NCBI GenBank assembly: GCA_011109175.1
Contig: RDEW01000002.1
Location: 1,120,676-1,184,675 of the forward strand
Source: Dicyema japonicum
Lineage: Eukaryota > Animalia > Dicyemida
Reading direction: 5' to 3'
DNA length: 64,000 nt
The position numbers and the translations under genes were made by a program. The notes under the pieces are model-generated. The model was not told the origin of the DNA. It saw only the letters and a program-made list of their open reading frames with translations, and made no database searches. Positions 62,618 to 64,000 of the stretch are shown here, in pieces; the stretch's first letter is position 1, and each line of letters begins with the position of its first letter.

Positions 62618-63473
62618 ATGAACGAGTTGACCCATAGAGGAGTAATAAAAGATGGAGCAACAAAAGAAGAAGTAATAGTAGAGGATAGTGAAGATGTTCT
62701 AACACTAATGGAAGAACTGGCAGTACTATCATTTAAATATGAGGGGGTATTATATTACATAACGTAAAGGATGCAGTATCAGTATGGAAGGATTCAATAT
62801 CGTTGGGTCTACGTTGTGCTATAATGGTGGAACTGGGACTGAGAAAGAAGATAGTAATAAAGAATGCCACAAATTATAAAAATATTAGTTCATTGGACAT
62901 ATCAGTGCTACCCTCTGCAGGAATATGTGGTGATGGAATCCTTGATGAAGCATTGGGGATGATAAAGACTAACAAACCAAAAAGTTTGATTACTTGGGTG
63001 GAACTGTTATCTGGTGGTGTTGTATAATCTATTTAAGGAGTAAACCTGGAATCCCCTAAATTTAGTATTCCAAATGAAGAATCTAAGACAACGAGTCTGT
63101 AAATCTCTGAGTGAGAAGGGAATATGTTCTGTTGAGTTGAGGGACTCCTTATTTTCCAGTTTTACCTTGCACTCCTTTAAGAATACTGCCTCAAAGAAGA
63201 GAATAATTAATAGAATACATAATTTATTATTTAATGAGTGGTCCCCTGATGTTTACAGAATGGACTTGAGGGTTTATCTCCCTTATTGTTTTGGCTGAAA
63301 TATCTGATGTTATCCAATCATTCTACTCCACTCTCTCTCCCTCACAATATTCCATCGCTTATGATAGAATTCAATTTCTCTCCTCTCTTGACTTTGATCA
63401 ACTATCACGATTACATCCTAATGATGCTGTTCTATGGAGTACTCTTGCTTGCAACAAAATTATTCTATTTTAA
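62618..63473 (+). CDS. GOLPH3: Golgi phosphoprotein 3 (GOLPH3/Vps74)
   Basis: LTLMEEL, WKDSISLGLRCAIMVELGLR, GDGILDEAL, WVELLSG, TWNPL, NLRQRVCKSLSEKG, SDVIQ; 2 micro-introns; two 1-nt insertions. Confidence 0.92.
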
Positions 63474-63687
63474 TTTACTTTTATTATATATTATTGGGTT
63501 TTGTCTTACATTTCCGTGATAAGTAGATTGATTAGCTTCTACTTATTTCAGTCTATTCAGATAATCTGACGTTAGCCAACTATAATTTGCCATGAAAGAT
63601 GAAAAAGTTAATCTTAGTCTTCCTATAATGTTTAGTGTTAGGTTTGGTAAGTAATCTAGTAATTAGTGAAAGTATCAATGTCTAAAG

Positions 63688-64000
63688 CAGAGGTTGTCAA
63701 ACGGTGTGCCGCGGCACACTAAGTGTTTTTCTAGTGTGCCGCCTGCCAAATACAAATTTGAATAAAGTGTGCCGCCTGCCAAATACAAATTTGAATAAAT
63801 TTATATACATTTTTGACCTAATTAATTTAAAAAGATAAACGAATTAAAATAATTACTAAAATTAAAATAATCATTTTTTTATTATACATTAAATGACATT
63901 TACATTGGTTAACCATTATTTATTAATTTTTTAATAACGTGCGCATCAACGTGCTTATGGGTAAATCAGTTCGTCGTTCTTATAAAGATTCTTATTTGTC
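63688..64000. mobile_element. hAT (Buster/Charlie-type) element end, runs out of the window
   Basis: CAGAGGTTGTCAAAC...GTGTGCCGCGGCACAC preceded by the 8-mer GTCTAAAG (NNNTANNN); 33-bp tandem repeat at 63733-63798; other end not seen. Confidence 0.65.

Noticed and set aside
63733-63798. CRISPR-like array
   Set aside because: Two abutting copies with no spacers, in a eukaryotic hAT end

Overview
AT-rich eukaryotic, almost certainly animal, genomic DNA. Compact host genes are split by very small GT-AG introns (nearly all 20-26 nt) and separated by dense, nested transposon debris. Host genes recognised after manual splicing: CCDC47, LIN54/tesmin-type CRC protein, FAM184, a CPVL-like serine carboxypeptidase, OSTC, IQCH, three tandem SNX5/6-like PX-BAR genes, GOLPH3, a small Cys-rich membrane protein, a small coiled-coil protein, and an unrecognised protein built from four ~78-aa repeats with introns at equivalent positions. 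Animal genes plus micro-introns suggest a dicyemid mesozoan; this is inference. Mobile DNA: RTE LINEs; APE-LINEs with a PHD-like finger and decayed viral-type 2A peptide before the endonuclease; CRE-type and R4-like restriction-like-endonuclease LINEs; a tRNA-derived SINE whose tail matches a local RTE; Tigger/pogo; Ginger-like integrase transposons carrying host-sized introns; and a hAT end. A ~6.5-kb unit is tandemly amplified at about 39.7-56.8 kb, with a resolvable 4-bp-microhomology junction fusing IQCH in frame to the repeat gene's last exon. Scattered single-base indels in conserved genes look like unpolished long-read errors, so exon coordinates are approximate. All family assignments are from remembered motifs, not database searches.
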